Shown here piece after piece: positions 9,430-18,781 of a stretch of 64,000 bases of DNA. The stretch is from an uncultured Chlamydiae bacterium (GTDB lineage Bacteria; Chlamydiota; Chlamydiia; Chlamydiales; JAJFMA01), in contig CAVQMM010000001.1 in NCBI GenBank assembly GCA_963713615.1, forward strand, positions 2,688,001-2,752,000, written 5' to 3'. Under the pieces are notes generated by a model, which worked only from the letters and a program-made list of their open reading frames with translations, ran no database searches and had not been told where the DNA came from. Both the position numbers and the translations under genes were made by a program. The first letter of the stretch is position 1; the number at the start of each line of letters is the position of its first letter.

Positions 9430-10821
9430 ATGCACATTCGTACACTTAGTATCATTCTTGCTTGGGCCACTTCAGCACTTTGTGCCGATTGGCGGCCAGA
9501 CATCTACATCTATTCCGACTTTGGAGGAGGGCAAAACCATGCCCATGAGCCAATTGCTGACTGGCAGACAGCCATTGAATTAGCAGAAGAGGGCTGGAAG
9601 CTGACTCATCATCCAAAAATTTTCATCAACGACGCAGCAACCCCGCTTCATCCTCAAAGAGCTGCAGGTCAAGTCGCGGCAACCTTTCCTTATTTGGGCC
9701 CAAAGGAGACCTCGACGATTGAACGCATTGTCGTTCACGTGGTGGATCCTTCGGTCGGCAATGCAAGTCAGCATCGACGGGCATTAGTTTTGCGCCGCGA
9801 TGGAACTCTGTTCATCGGTCCCGATAATGGAACTTTGAGCGCAGCATGCCCACCCGGTTCGCTAGCGATGATCTGGGAGATCGATATCCCACGTCTCAGC
9901 GCTTCGACGGGTCTAGATGTAGCGGCAGGAGGAACCTTTCATGGACGCGACGTCTTCGCAGCAGCAGGATACCTTTTATCCGCTGGACGTTTATCACCTG
10001 AAGACATTGGCAAGCCCTATCAAACGGCTGAGTTGGCCGTCCGTGTTTCTCCAATAGGGGAGAGTTCTAAATGCATCACTTTTCAAGAGCTTCCCACAAC
10101 ACGATGGATGTTAGAGGTGGGTTCGGACTCGTTATTCTCCGACGCCTATTTCTTAGCTATCGTACAGTCACCCCTCTATGTTGATGCTTCGCATGCACAG
10201 CTATTTATCGTAGATGACCGCACGTTGACCGAACGTGTAGCCATACTGAACCGCAAAACCCAGAATCTTTATATCGGGCCCAACAATGGCTTGGGAACAG
10301 GTTTCTTTATGGGATTTGATAAAGAGGATATTTGGATGGCTGAAGTATCCCAGGCCGTTTATGAGATAATCAAGGCTACTTCAAATGTCGCTCTGGTACG
10401 TGACCTCATTTTTAGACAGCCCAGGTTTAAGGAGGAGCTGGTTGTGGTGGACCTGCTAGCCAGAGAAAATGAGAGTAAACATATCTCAGGACACGTGTGG
10501 GCAGATGCCTATGGCAATCTCAAAACAACTCTTGATAGTGAGTTATATCAAAGCTTAATCGATGAAGGTTACACCAATTTAACCGTTGCACTGAATGGAG
10601 TATCCAAACAGGTGCGTATAGCAGACTCTTTTGCTGATGTCCCTGCAGGGACTCCGTTCGCCTATGTGGGCAGCTCTGGAGCTGTAGGACCAAATCCGCA
10701 CCGTTCTCGTCGTTATGTCGAATTGACTACCAATGGCATCAACGGGCAATTCGGGGTTGATCTATTTGATAATCCCCAATCTGGACAAGTCATCGAATTT
10801 TATTTTACAAAAAACATTTAA
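9430..10821 (+). CDS. SAM hydrolase/SAM-dependent halogenase (DUF62) family protein with predicted signal peptide
   Basis: YSDFG, HVVDPSVG, FIGPDNG, TFHGRDVFA, DAYGNLKT motifs; N-terminus MHIRTLSIILAWATSALCA. Confidence 0.8.
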   Translation: MHIRTLSIILAWATSALCADWRPDIYIYSDFGGGQNHAHEPIADWQTAIELAEEGWKLTHHPKIFINDAATPLHPQRAAGQVAATFPYLGPKETSTIERIVVHVVDPSVGNASQHRRALVLRRDGTLFIGPDNGTLSAACPPGSLAMIWEIDIPRLSASTGLDVAAGGTFHGRDVFAAAGYLLSAGRLSPEDIGKPYQTAELAVRVSPIGESSKCITFQELPTTRWMLEVGSDSLFSDAYFLAIVQSPLYVDASHAQLFIVDDRTLTERVAILNRKTQNLYIGPNNGLGTGFFMGFDKEDIWMAEVSQAVYEIIKATSNVALVRDLIFRQPRFKEELVVVDLLARENESKHISGHVWADAYGNLKTTLDSELYQSLIDEGYTNLTVALNGVSKQVRIADSFADVPAGTPFAYVGSSGAVGPNPHRSRRYVELTTNGINGQFGVDLFDNPQSGQVIEFYFTKNI

Positions 10822-10839
10822 GTTTAGGAGCTCATAACC

Positions 10840-12192
10840 ATGAAACGTGAATCATGGCGTAACCATGCAGGTTTCGCGCTGGCAGCAATGGGATCAGCAA
10901 TTGGCCTGGCGAGCATCGTCCGCTTTCCCTATATGGTAGCCGATCACGGCGGTGCAGCTTTTATCGTCGTGTATCTATTAAGTTTACTGATCATTGGCAT
11001 CCCCATCTTACTCGGTGAAGTAACTATGGGGAGGGCGACGCAAAAAAATCCTTACGGGGCCTTCTCTAAACTAGGTAAGGCACCTTTTTGGAAAGCAGGT
11101 GGTGCCTGGGTGCTCATGACAGCCTTCCTTGTCAGCGCCTTTTACAGCGCCTTGTCAGGGTGGATCTGTGGGTATCTCGTGGAGGCAGTCATGAATAATC
11201 TGTCAGGTCTCCACACTTCCGAATTAGCCACAAGCCATTTTAAGGGCCTTCTAGCAAGTCCCCTATGGGCTCTTGGATATCACTTTGTATTTCTGACTGT
11301 GAGCGTAATGGTCGTCTACGCAGGTCTGCGGGATGGCATCGAGCGCGGTTGTAAAGTCATGATGCCCTTGCTTCTAGTGACATTGCTATTGCTCGTCCTT
11401 AAGGGAATAACGCTGAATAACTCTAGCGAAGCGTTGCATTACTTATTCACGCCTGACTGGAGTCAAATTACCCCCAGTGTCGTTCTACTTGCCTTGGGAC
11501 AATCCTTCTTTAGCCTAAGCCTTGGCCAGGGAACGATGATTACTTACGGTAGCTATCTACCTAAGGGCACTCCCTTCGCATGGAACTGCATCGCTGTCGC
11601 CTTATCGGTAGCGTTGATTTCTATCATGGCCTCTATAGCGGTCTTTACGATTGTTTTTTCCGCGGGAATGGAAGCTCAGGGTGGATTAGGACTCATGTTT
11701 CAAACGCTCCCTGTTGTTTTTAGCAACATGGCCGGTGGATATATCCTGGGTTCCGTCTTTTTCGTATTAGTAGCTTTGGCTGCATTGACGTCAGAGATCT
11801 CAGCTCTGGAACCTGCCATAGCCTTTCTAGTGGATGAGCGGGGCTGGACGCGAAAGAATGCTGCAATAGGCGTAGGAACCGTAGCCTTTCTGATTGGAGT
11901 GCCCTGTGCCTTGTCTACAAACATTCTCGCTAATTGGACTGTGTGGGGTAGCAACATCTTAGAACTCTTCGATCTGGTTGCAACCACCATCCTAGTGCCC
12001 ATCGGTGGACTTCTCGGAGTCTTGCTAGTAGCATGGCGTTGGGGCTTTGGATATGCCTTTGAGGAACTGACTGGTGGATCACCGCAAGGGTATGAAGCGG
12101 GCCGCCTCTATTGGAAGACATGCTTAAAGTACTTGGCACCTGCTTTGATTTTGGTCATCTTCTTCAGCAACCTAGGTTTTTTTGGAGCATAA
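10840..12192 (+). CDS. Sodium-dependent NSS/SNF family amino-acid transporter
   Basis: RESW, AAMGSAIGLASIVRFPY, GGAAF, GIER, ALGQSFFSLSLG, ITYGSY, AALTS; RBS AGGAG. Confidence 0.92.
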   Translation: MKRESWRNHAGFALAAMGSAIGLASIVRFPYMVADHGGAAFIVVYLLSLLIIGIPILLGEVTMGRATQKNPYGAFSKLGKAPFWKAGGAWVLMTAFLVSAFYSALSGWICGYLVEAVMNNLSGLHTSELATSHFKGLLASPLWALGYHFVFLTVSVMVVYAGLRDGIERGCKVMMPLLLVTLLLLVLKGITLNNSSEALHYLFTPDWSQITPSVVLLALGQSFFSLSLGQGTMITYGSYLPKGTPFAWNCIAVALSVALISIMASIAVFTIVFSAGMEAQGGLGLMFQTLPVVFSNMAGGYILGSVFFVLVALAALTSEISALEPAIAFLVDERGWTRKNAAIGVGTVAFLIGVPCALSTNILANWTVWGSNILELFDLVATTILVPIGGLLGVLLVAWRWGFGYAFEELTGGSPQGYEAGRLYWKTCLKYLAPALILVIFFSNLGFFGA

Positions 12193-12371
12193 CAACGAAT
12201 ACACACGCAAAACGGTTTTAGCAGCCTGTAGGGCTGCCATAAAGCGCATGCATAAATGGTGTTTGTAAACTGGCATCTTGTAGAAGTCCTTCAGACTGCG
12301 AAATCCCTTCCTGGCATATACCATGGCGATGCCATGGCCTGTTGCAATATCGACCCTTCTACCATAGGATT

Positions 12372-12580
12372 TTGCAAACGATTATCGACGGTAATAGGAA
12401 AAGACAAAAAACATTTCTCTAAGGTATCATTTTGGCCGACGAAGGTGTGGCCGTGTGCCCTTAGCGAATGTTTGTTCGCCTGGCCCGATATGCCGCCTTC
12501 GTCGTTTGCATCATCCAATAATTCCGTTCGGGATGGTGCCAATCTTCTGATTGTGGCTCTGTAAGTAGAAGTGGAATTTG
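12372..12580 (+). ncRNA. Predicted IS110 bridge RNA (target-binding and donor-binding loops); 5' end approximate
   Basis: Stem 12437-45/12496-504 encloses CCCTT and GGCCCGA (target guides); stem 12520-25/12573-78 encloses CGGGATG and GTAGA (donor guides). Confidence 0.8.
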
Positions 12581-12622
12581 GGTGAAATTTAACGCTCACA
12601 AACACTTAACAGGGCATTTATC

Positions 12623-13819
12623 ATGCAAAATCAGTCCGAACTTCGTATTTGTCTAGATATCGGTAGCGTTCGACACTATGTAGCCATAGGCTTGTCCACA
12701 GGAGAACGCATCGATGGATTTTATCTAAACCACACTTCTGAAGACATTGAGCAGTTTTTTGAGAAAATTGAGAAGCTTAGAATTTCCTATAACATGCCTG
12801 TTGTCATGGCTATGGAGGGGTTTAATGGCTATGCTAGACCCATCGATAGATATGCTCTTGATCACGGATATTCTTTGTATAGTGTCAACAACATGAAATT
12901 GGCTAGATTTAAGGAAGTTTTTCCTGGTCCAGCCAAAACAGATCCAATTGACGCTTGGGCTATTTTTAGCTTGTTTCAAGTTCAAGAGACCTTACCGTTG
13001 GCAAAAAATATTCTGCAGAAAGTAGAGCCTCCACCGGTATGCAACGAGCAACTTAAACATATTTCAAGGCGTCGTAGAGAGTTGGTAAAAGAAAAGACAA
13101 GAATCATAAATCGACTTCAAGGGGATCTACAGGCTGTTTGCCCCGGTCTACTGTCTATTACAAAAAATCCAGCAAATCTTTGGTTTCTACGATTTCTTGC
13201 TTCGAAGGAAGACATGACCATGTTGCTTCGAATGCAAAAAAGAAGCCTGTTGCAAATCAAGGGCGTTGGAGAGGTTTATGCAGAGGAAATTCAGAAATGG
13301 CAAAAGACGGCTAAGTTCTCTTCAAAGGTTGAGTGGATAGGAAAATTAATAGTACGAGATGTCAGAAGGCTACTCGAGATGCTAGATGAAATAGCGCAGT
13401 TGGAGGTATTGATAGAGGGTTTGATCCCACAATCCAAGATAGCATCTCGGATTGAATCTATTCCTGGATATGGTTCCATTTGTGCCGCAGAACTCGCTGG
13501 AGAGATTGGTAGTATCGATCGGTTTAAGTCGGAGGCTAGTCTAGCGCTCTACTTGGGAATAGGAATTCTGAACAAGAGTTCTGGCCAATATGAGGGGTCT
13601 CGATCGCCTCGAAATATTAACTGGAGGGGAAAGGGAGCTATGATGACCGGAGCTGCTCGACATATACAACTATGTGATGAGGCTGCACAGTACTACAAGA
13701 AGAAGAGAGCAGAGGGAAAAAAACATAACCAAGCAGTACGAGCATTTGCCCGTCATATGATAAGAGTAATATGGTCGATACTCATACATGACAGGGATTA
13801 CCGTCAGAAGGAAGACTGA
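12623..13819 (+). CDS. IS110-family recombinase/transposase (DEDD RuvC-like plus Tnp20 domain)
   Basis: CLDIG, AMEG, KTDPIDA (DEDD); SIPGYG, F.SEASLA.YLG, NKSSG (candidate catalytic Ser), YYKKKRAEGKKHNQA. Confidence 0.95.
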   Translation: MQNQSELRICLDIGSVRHYVAIGLSTGERIDGFYLNHTSEDIEQFFEKIEKLRISYNMPVVMAMEGFNGYARPIDRYALDHGYSLYSVNNMKLARFKEVFPGPAKTDPIDAWAIFSLFQVQETLPLAKNILQKVEPPPVCNEQLKHISRRRRELVKEKTRIINRLQGDLQAVCPGLLSITKNPANLWFLRFLASKEDMTMLLRMQKRSLLQIKGVGEVYAEEIQKWQKTAKFSSKVEWIGKLIVRDVRRLLEMLDEIAQLEVLIEGLIPQSKIASRIESIPGYGSICAAELAGEIGSIDRFKSEASLALYLGIGILNKSSGQYEGSRSPRNINWRGKGAMMTGAARHIQLCDEAAQYYKKKRAEGKKHNQAVRAFARHMIRVIWSILIHDRDYRQKED

Positions 13820-14408
13820 GTTAGTTTAGCAAACGGGCTTTGTTCTGTTTGGCCTGAATGAACAAGGTCAGCAAATTCGGCGATGTTAGCTGAGCAGAAA
13901 AGGAGCACGGCTACTCTGCTTCGGCAACCCCATAGGAGTTGTATACAACCTTCCTAAGTAAATTCACCGTGTCCCTTCGCAGTTGAAAGGAGCACGGCTA
14001 CTCTACTTCGGCTCTATAAATTTAGCAAAATTAGAAAATAATTAAAAGTTTCAAAACCGAAGGAATTGGCATCGAAAAATCGCCTGAAAGCTACGAAAAA
14101 TCTTGAAAAATTCTAGCGGGATGTCGGGCCTGGGAAGGGAGAAAAGCCTGTCTTTCCAGACTGGATAGTGCCATACCACTTAAGCTCTCTAGAATCGCCT
14201 TCTCACAAAAAAAGGTAACCTTTTTTCCCGAGAATCGATTCTCAAGGGCTCAAATAATTTTGCAATTACCTCAAAGGGACAAAAAGGACTCAGGAGGCAT
14301 ACTCTACAAGTCCTTTATGTCTTTTATGTTCCTTTGGTCCTTTAGTCCAGTCCATCCAAGAGCGACACGCACTTCTGAGGGCCTTGTGCATGCTATTCGC
14401 CCGGCACA

Positions 14409-15290
14409 CTATAAATTTGAATAGGATCGAATAATCTCCGCCAAGATGCCATCAGCATCTATATCACTGTTGTGCGCTTTTATTTGTAGGGCTTCTTGAT
14501 CGCTGATAACTCTATCGTGGAGAAGCAGCTCTCGTATTTGGATCAAGGCGATGAGGGGGTCAAAATGAACCTTTGTTTGCGCAATGCGTCTGTACCAAAC
14601 TCCATCAAAAGGAATGCCCATGTGCTTCATGGCATGTTCTACGGATTCCACTTGCTCCAATTTGTCATCCACAAAAATGACCTTTGTCGGCTCATAACCG
14701 GTATCCTTTAAAATATCGGCCAAAAAAGGCCCCTTGGTAAAGGAACCACAATAAATAACACCGGCCTCAAAATATGGCATTGGCTTTGCTGCAAGCTGCA
14801 GAGGTACCTTCGATGCGGCAAAATTCAATCCAATACTACACAATTGACTTGTGGTCAAAGTGTCAATGCCAGGGATGTCTGTCGTGTACCACTTAGATTC
14901 ACCTCGTGCGGTGAAGACAAAAACCGGTTGCCCATCTGTCTGAAGAGCATGCACAACTTGTGGTATGGCTTGCTCTACCAATTCGACCGGAACCCTCTTG
15001 GCGATTTGGTAGGAGATGAGATCATAGAGGTTTCCTTGCCAGGTCTTTCCATGTTTCTTTTCATAGGATGCAATCGCTTTCTTGAGGTATGCGCGCGAAG
15101 ACGCCGTGCCTGCGCTGATCGAGCTATCCGTCAAAGTATCATCCATATCGAAAAGGACCAAGGTATTGGGCCTTTCGACTAGTTTTAGAACCTCTGATAT
15201 ATCATTTGTTTCAAAGATCTCTGCTGAACAAATTCCAGCAATGTATATAAAAATTGTAACAAAAAATAGTCGTATGCTTTGCCTTACCAT
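14409..15290 (-). CDS. Secreted HAD-like protein (DUF2608-like)
   Basis: Signal peptide; LFDMDDTL, FTAR, KG, IFVDDK motifs. Confidence 0.75.
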   Translation of the reverse strand: MVRQSIRLFFVTIFIYIAGICSAEIFETNDISEVLKLVERPNTLVLFDMDDTLTDSSISAGTASSRAYLKKAIASYEKKHGKTWQGNLYDLISYQIAKRVPVELVEQAIPQVVHALQTDGQPVFVFTARGESKWYTTDIPGIDTLTTSQLCSIGLNFAASKVPLQLAAKPMPYFEAGVIYCGSFTKGPFLADILKDTGYEPTKVIFVDDKLEQVESVEHAMKHMGIPFDGVWYRRIAQTKVHFDPLIALIQIRELLLHDRVISDQEALQIKAHNSDIDADGILAEIIRSYSNL

Positions 15291-15575
15291 CTTTTAGACT
15301 CCAATTGGGCCCTATTCCAAAGATAATTAATCTTATTGTAATTCGATGATATCATACCATATCAATGGCCGCCAAGCCCATTAAATTATACTGACTTGAA
15401 ATATGCAAACTCGATCGCATGAATTGAAAGTCCGATAATGAACGGTCGAATTTGGCCGTATTTATAAATACGGCCAAAACGACGTTAATTTTTTCCGTAT
15501 TAGGAAGGATCATCGATGAGGACGAGAGACCTGAAACTAGTTGTATTGCATGCATTAGGTCAAGAGTCCGATTTT

Positions 15576-15735
15576 GGCCTTATTCACCTTTGCGGTCAGT
15601 TTTCGGTCGACTGCAAAAGGATCGTCTGTCGCGTTTTGCTCCTCGGACATAGCTGGCGCTATGCCCTCGTCACAAACCACGACATCCGACCTTTTTCGTC
15701 CGACCGAAATTCTGACCGTAAAGGTGAACAAGGCC
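15576..15735 (+). mobile_element. 160-bp MITE, family B, copy 1
   Basis: TIR GGCCTTRTTCACCTTTRCGGTCAG; 8-bp TSD CCGATTTT. Confidence 0.9.
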
Positions 15736-15793
15736 CCGATTTTATTACCCAATCCTTAGAGTAAAAGCTGAAAAGGTCCCTCTCCTCTTTGCG

Positions 15794-16711
15794 CTAGTCA
15801 TTGGGCGGGGCGGTTTTTGTGATACTGAAGTCTAGCATGCTCAGGTCAACCTCGGCATTAGTCTGGTCTTGAAAGCGTTGCGCGAATTCACTGCTGGCGT
15901 CTTGAGCGGTCACGGCACCTTGGTCAAGCTGCTGATAGAGTTCCTTACGCCGATCTATAATAGGCTGAGGGTCACGAAAAAGAGACTGCAACAGAGCCTT
16001 GCGAGCCAAAAACACACGAATCTTGGTCGGTTGTTGGCTCAGCATGACATAGTCCAATAGCGATGGATAACCATTATTTGTTTTGACTTCCTTGCCATGT
16101 TTGTCGACCGTGTAACTGGCCTTCTGCCCATTCAGCATGTTGTAGTACACCTCTCGAAGGTCTTCATCGATCAATGGAATGTTGGCGAGGTCTTTTTTGT
16201 TGGTAAATTTCAGTGGACAGGGCGCTTTAGTGATCGATTCGATCATTTGCCTGACAATGTCTTCAGATAGCTGTGGATGCGTTTTTAGGGCTTCTTTGTA
16301 AAAGCGCTTGTCACTATAAAGGTTTTCCATTATGCGCTGGAACACCTTTACCGTATCCCCCGCATTTGAAATAATAGACTGTGCATCCACGTTTTGCATA
16401 TTTGGCGTCACTTTACCTACAAGAGGATAGAGATTAAGCAGCGCAAAGGTGTTTTTGGGAGGAGGAGGGGGGGTAGGCGTTTGTCCTTGCGTGCTGGAAG
16501 AATCCGTCTTCTGTTGATTCGTCGACTGCTTAGCCCTTGTTGTTTTGTATTTGCGTTCCTCAATAGAGTTCAAGGCATCGCGCTCTGAGTGGGCCATATA
16601 CTTTTCGTACTCAATGCGGACCCCGGCATTATCTAGATATGTCTGTAAACGCGTGTACGTGGTTATCGTCAGCAGGGTGAGGATAGTGAACACTAAAAGC
16701 AGGATATTCAT
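15794..16711 (-). CDS. Last gene of the chlamydial T2SS operon; single N-terminal TM, possibly GspK-like
   Basis: N-terminal hydrophobic helix; position after the pseudopilin genes. Confidence 0.55.
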   Translation of the reverse strand: MNILLLVFTILTLLTITTYTRLQTYLDNAGVRIEYEKYMAHSERDALNSIEERKYKTTRAKQSTNQQKTDSSSTQGQTPTPPPPPKNTFALLNLYPLVGKVTPNMQNVDAQSIISNAGDTVKVFQRIMENLYSDKRFYKEALKTHPQLSEDIVRQMIESITKAPCPLKFTNKKDLANIPLIDEDLREVYYNMLNGQKASYTVDKHGKEVKTNNGYPSLLDYVMLSQQPTKIRVFLARKALLQSLFRDPQPIIDRRKELYQQLDQGAVTAQDASSEFAQRFQDQTNAEVDLSMLDFSITKTAPPND

Positions 16712-16718
16712 GCTCTCC

Positions 16719-17531
16719 TCACGGAATGATAATCGGTTTTTTTGAGTTGGGAAGGGGATAAGCTAGGACAATGGGTTCTGAAGGAGGCACCAGCCCGGTT
16801 TGTACGCTGCGTTTGAGGCTGATCTTGACTACTACAGGTAGTTCTCCATAAGCCATCTTCCAATTGTCTACCCACTGATCCCGAGGAGGCGTTTCCTTAG
16901 GCGTTGTAGGGGTCGTATTCTGCTGTTGCTGCTGATTGTCTATGTTATTTTGGTTAGACTGACCATTTGCATTGCTTTGGTTAGACTGATTGTCTTGCTG
17001 ATTCTCTTGCACTGTAGGACTAAAAAATTGATAACTTATGTCAGTAACTTTGCTGATGAGTATTTCCTTCTTCATCGGAGGTGGAAAGGTCCCTTTTGTG
17101 CAGCGAGGAACAGGCCATGTCAGAAGAACCAGACTACTTTCACCGTTTCTACTTTCGACCAAAAGCCTGCCCAAAACATGATTACAGAAGGCTGGGTCAA
17201 TATCGATTCCATTGTCGTAGGTAAATACAAGACTGGGCCCTTCTACACCTGACTCTAGATTGGTACTGGTATAAAAATAGAAATCATTTTTCTTTTCCGT
17301 TTCTTTGGTAGGTGGCTTAGCAGATATGGCAGAGGGGATGACCTGAGCTAATCGCGCTTCGAGATAACGCAGCTCAAAGCTCTCGTCGCGGGCTCGATCA
17401 ATCTGTCCATGCAGAAACTCGATCTGGCTGTAATAGCCCATTAGCACTGTCATGAGGATAGAGATAAGCCCCATGGCGATCATCACTTCGATGAGAGTGA
17501 CATACTGGCGGCGGTTAACCATTCTCCTCAT
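16719..17531 (-). CDS. T2SS minor pseudopilin (GspJ-like)
   Basis: Prepilin-type N-terminus RRQY-VTLIEVMIAM; Q/N-rich loop. Confidence 0.75.
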   Translation of the reverse strand: MRRMVNRRQYVTLIEVMIAMGLISILMTVLMGYYSQIEFLHGQIDRARDESFELRYLEARLAQVIPSAISAKPPTKETEKKNDFYFYTSTNLESGVEGPSLVFTYDNGIDIDPAFCNHVLGRLLVESRNGESSLVLLTWPVPRCTKGTFPPPMKKEILISKVTDISYQFFSPTVQENQQDNQSNQSNANGQSNQNNIDNQQQQQNTTPTTPKETPPRDQWVDNWKMAYGELPVVVKISLKRSVQTGLVPPSEPIVLAYPLPNSKKPIIIP

Positions 17532-17997
17532 CCTCTTTTTCCTCTACATTGGGTGTGCGCTGGATAAACAGATCGTAATTGTAGACTATCGGCGTACCGC
17601 CGAGAGATGAGTTGAAGGTAAAGGTTATTTTGAGCAAATCCAGAGGGCTATCCGCCTGTTCTTCTTGCTTTTTGGGAAGTCGTACCGCCGTCATGTAAGA
17701 GCCCGTATACCCTAGCCTGGTCAATTCCGGGCTATCCAGAGGATTAGGTCGTCCTGAAGTGATATCCTCCCAAGTAATAGGAGGAGAGCGATAAAAGCGA
17801 TTGACAAGCAGGTCACAGTAGAGCACATTGGCTACCCTGTCTAGCTCAACTTCACGGATGAAACGCTTCTCCTCCATCAGCATCGCAAGGTGAGGCTGCA
17901 GCATCGGCACGATGCAGACCAAGACGATACCAAGGGCTATGAGTACTTCAAGGAGTAGGAAGTGGCGTTTACGTACTCTGCTGATTTCCCTGCTCAT
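17515..17997 (-). CDS. T2SS minor pseudopilin (GspI-like)
   Basis: RKRH-FLLLEVLIAL prepilin motif; overlaps both neighbours. Confidence 0.75.
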   Translation of the reverse strand: MSREISRVRKRHFLLLEVLIALGIVLVCIVPMLQPHLAMLMEEKRFIREVELDRVANVLYCDLLVNRFYRSPPITWEDITSGRPNPLDSPELTRLGYTGSYMTAVRLPKKQEEQADSPLDLLKITFTFNSSLGGTPIVYNYDLFIQRTPNVEEKEDEENG

Positions 17998-18781
17998 TTC
18001 TCTTTAGCTCTTCTTCACGTACTTCACGGGGATATAGTTGCGAAAGGTCCTCCGGGAACTCTCCGCCCTTCTGGATCTGTTGGTTGCTGGGCTCTCCTAT
18101 TTCTATGGGACTTGGATAACCCGATAAAAAGATCTGCCTACGAGCAGCGCTGGCGTTGCTCAATTTGTCCTCGCTGATCAAAAGGCTTCCCGATGTCATT
18201 TTGCCCCCACCGGAAAGAAAGTCCAAGGTCACGTTGTTCGTAGACGTTTTCCCTTGAAGATCGGTAAACTGAAAATCCTTGATTCCAACGACAATAATGG
18301 GCTGACCACTAGCAGCAGCAAGAGCTGGGGTAAGCCCTCCCTCCGCCAGGAGGGTAACTTGCAACCCCTTATCTTGCTGCTCTAACTTGACTCGAACGCT
18401 AGTGCGGAGGATGAGCATGATGTCCTGCGCCAAGCGTAATTTATCGACCAACAACGTACCACTCGCGCGAAAGCGCTCAGTCTGTACAGCGGTGCCAATT
18501 CCAACGCCGACAATCCCCAAAATCATCATCAACATACCCATGACGATCAGAAGTTCAATCAGTGTCAGGTATACCACGCGCGCTCTAAATTGGCGATTTT
18601 GTGGCACGCCAAAGCCCCGGGGTTGGACGATCTCAAGTCGCCCAATATTAGAAATATGGGGTGACTTGCGATCGTCCAACCGCGGAAGCTTTCGCGCACC
18701 ACAAAATCGCAAATTTAAAGCGCGCGTGGTATCACGTCGGACCGGAGCTCTTTCTGTACTACTTCGTCTTTTCGTATGCAT
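17969..18781 (-). CDS. T2SS minor pseudopilin (GspH-like) with a palindromic insert in the leader
   Basis: YLTLIELLIVMGML prepilin helix; start codon uncertain because of the insert. Confidence 0.7.
   Translation of the reverse strand: MHTKRRSSTERAPVRRDTTRALNLRFCGARKLPRLDDRKSPHISNIGRLEIVQPRGFGVPQNRQFRARVVYLTLIELLIVMGMLMMILGIVGVGIGTAVQTERFRASGTLLVDKLRLAQDIMLILRTSVRVKLEQQDKGLQVTLLAEGGLTPALAAASGQPIIVVGIKDFQFTDLQGKTSTNNVTLDFLSGGGKMTSGSLLISEDKLSNASAARRQIFLSGYPSPIEIGEPSNQQIQKGGEFPEDLSQLYPREVREEELKRNEQGNQQST
18571..18732. repeat. 162-bp imperfect palindrome inside the pseudopilin ORF
   Basis: ATACCACGCGCGCT...AGCGCGCGTGGTAT ends; inner TTGGACGATC.CAAGTC / GACTTG.GATCGTCCAA arms. Confidence 0.9.

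Larger units (their letters stand above)
12360..14125 (+). mobile_element. Complete IS110-family insertion sequence
   Basis: Comparison with the empty site GACCCTTCGGGCC defines the ends; TC core at 12358-59 and 14124-25; imperfect subterminal IRs TAGGATTTTGCAA / TTGAAAAATTCTA. Confidence 0.92.
12208..14272. repeat. Right half of the nested composite repeat (copy 4), interrupted by IS110
   Basis: 12208-12359 joined to 14126-14272 reconstitutes the right part of the 61372-62123 copy, ending in TTGCAATTACCTC. Confidence 0.88.

Noticed and set aside
13899..14012. 27-bp direct repeat pair as a CRISPR array
   Set aside because: Only two units with a 60-bp spacer, inside an IS, and no cas genes in the window
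15352..15555. 67-aa ORF next to MITE copy 1
   Set aside because: No recognisable motif or RBS; cannot be supported as a gene or pseudogene
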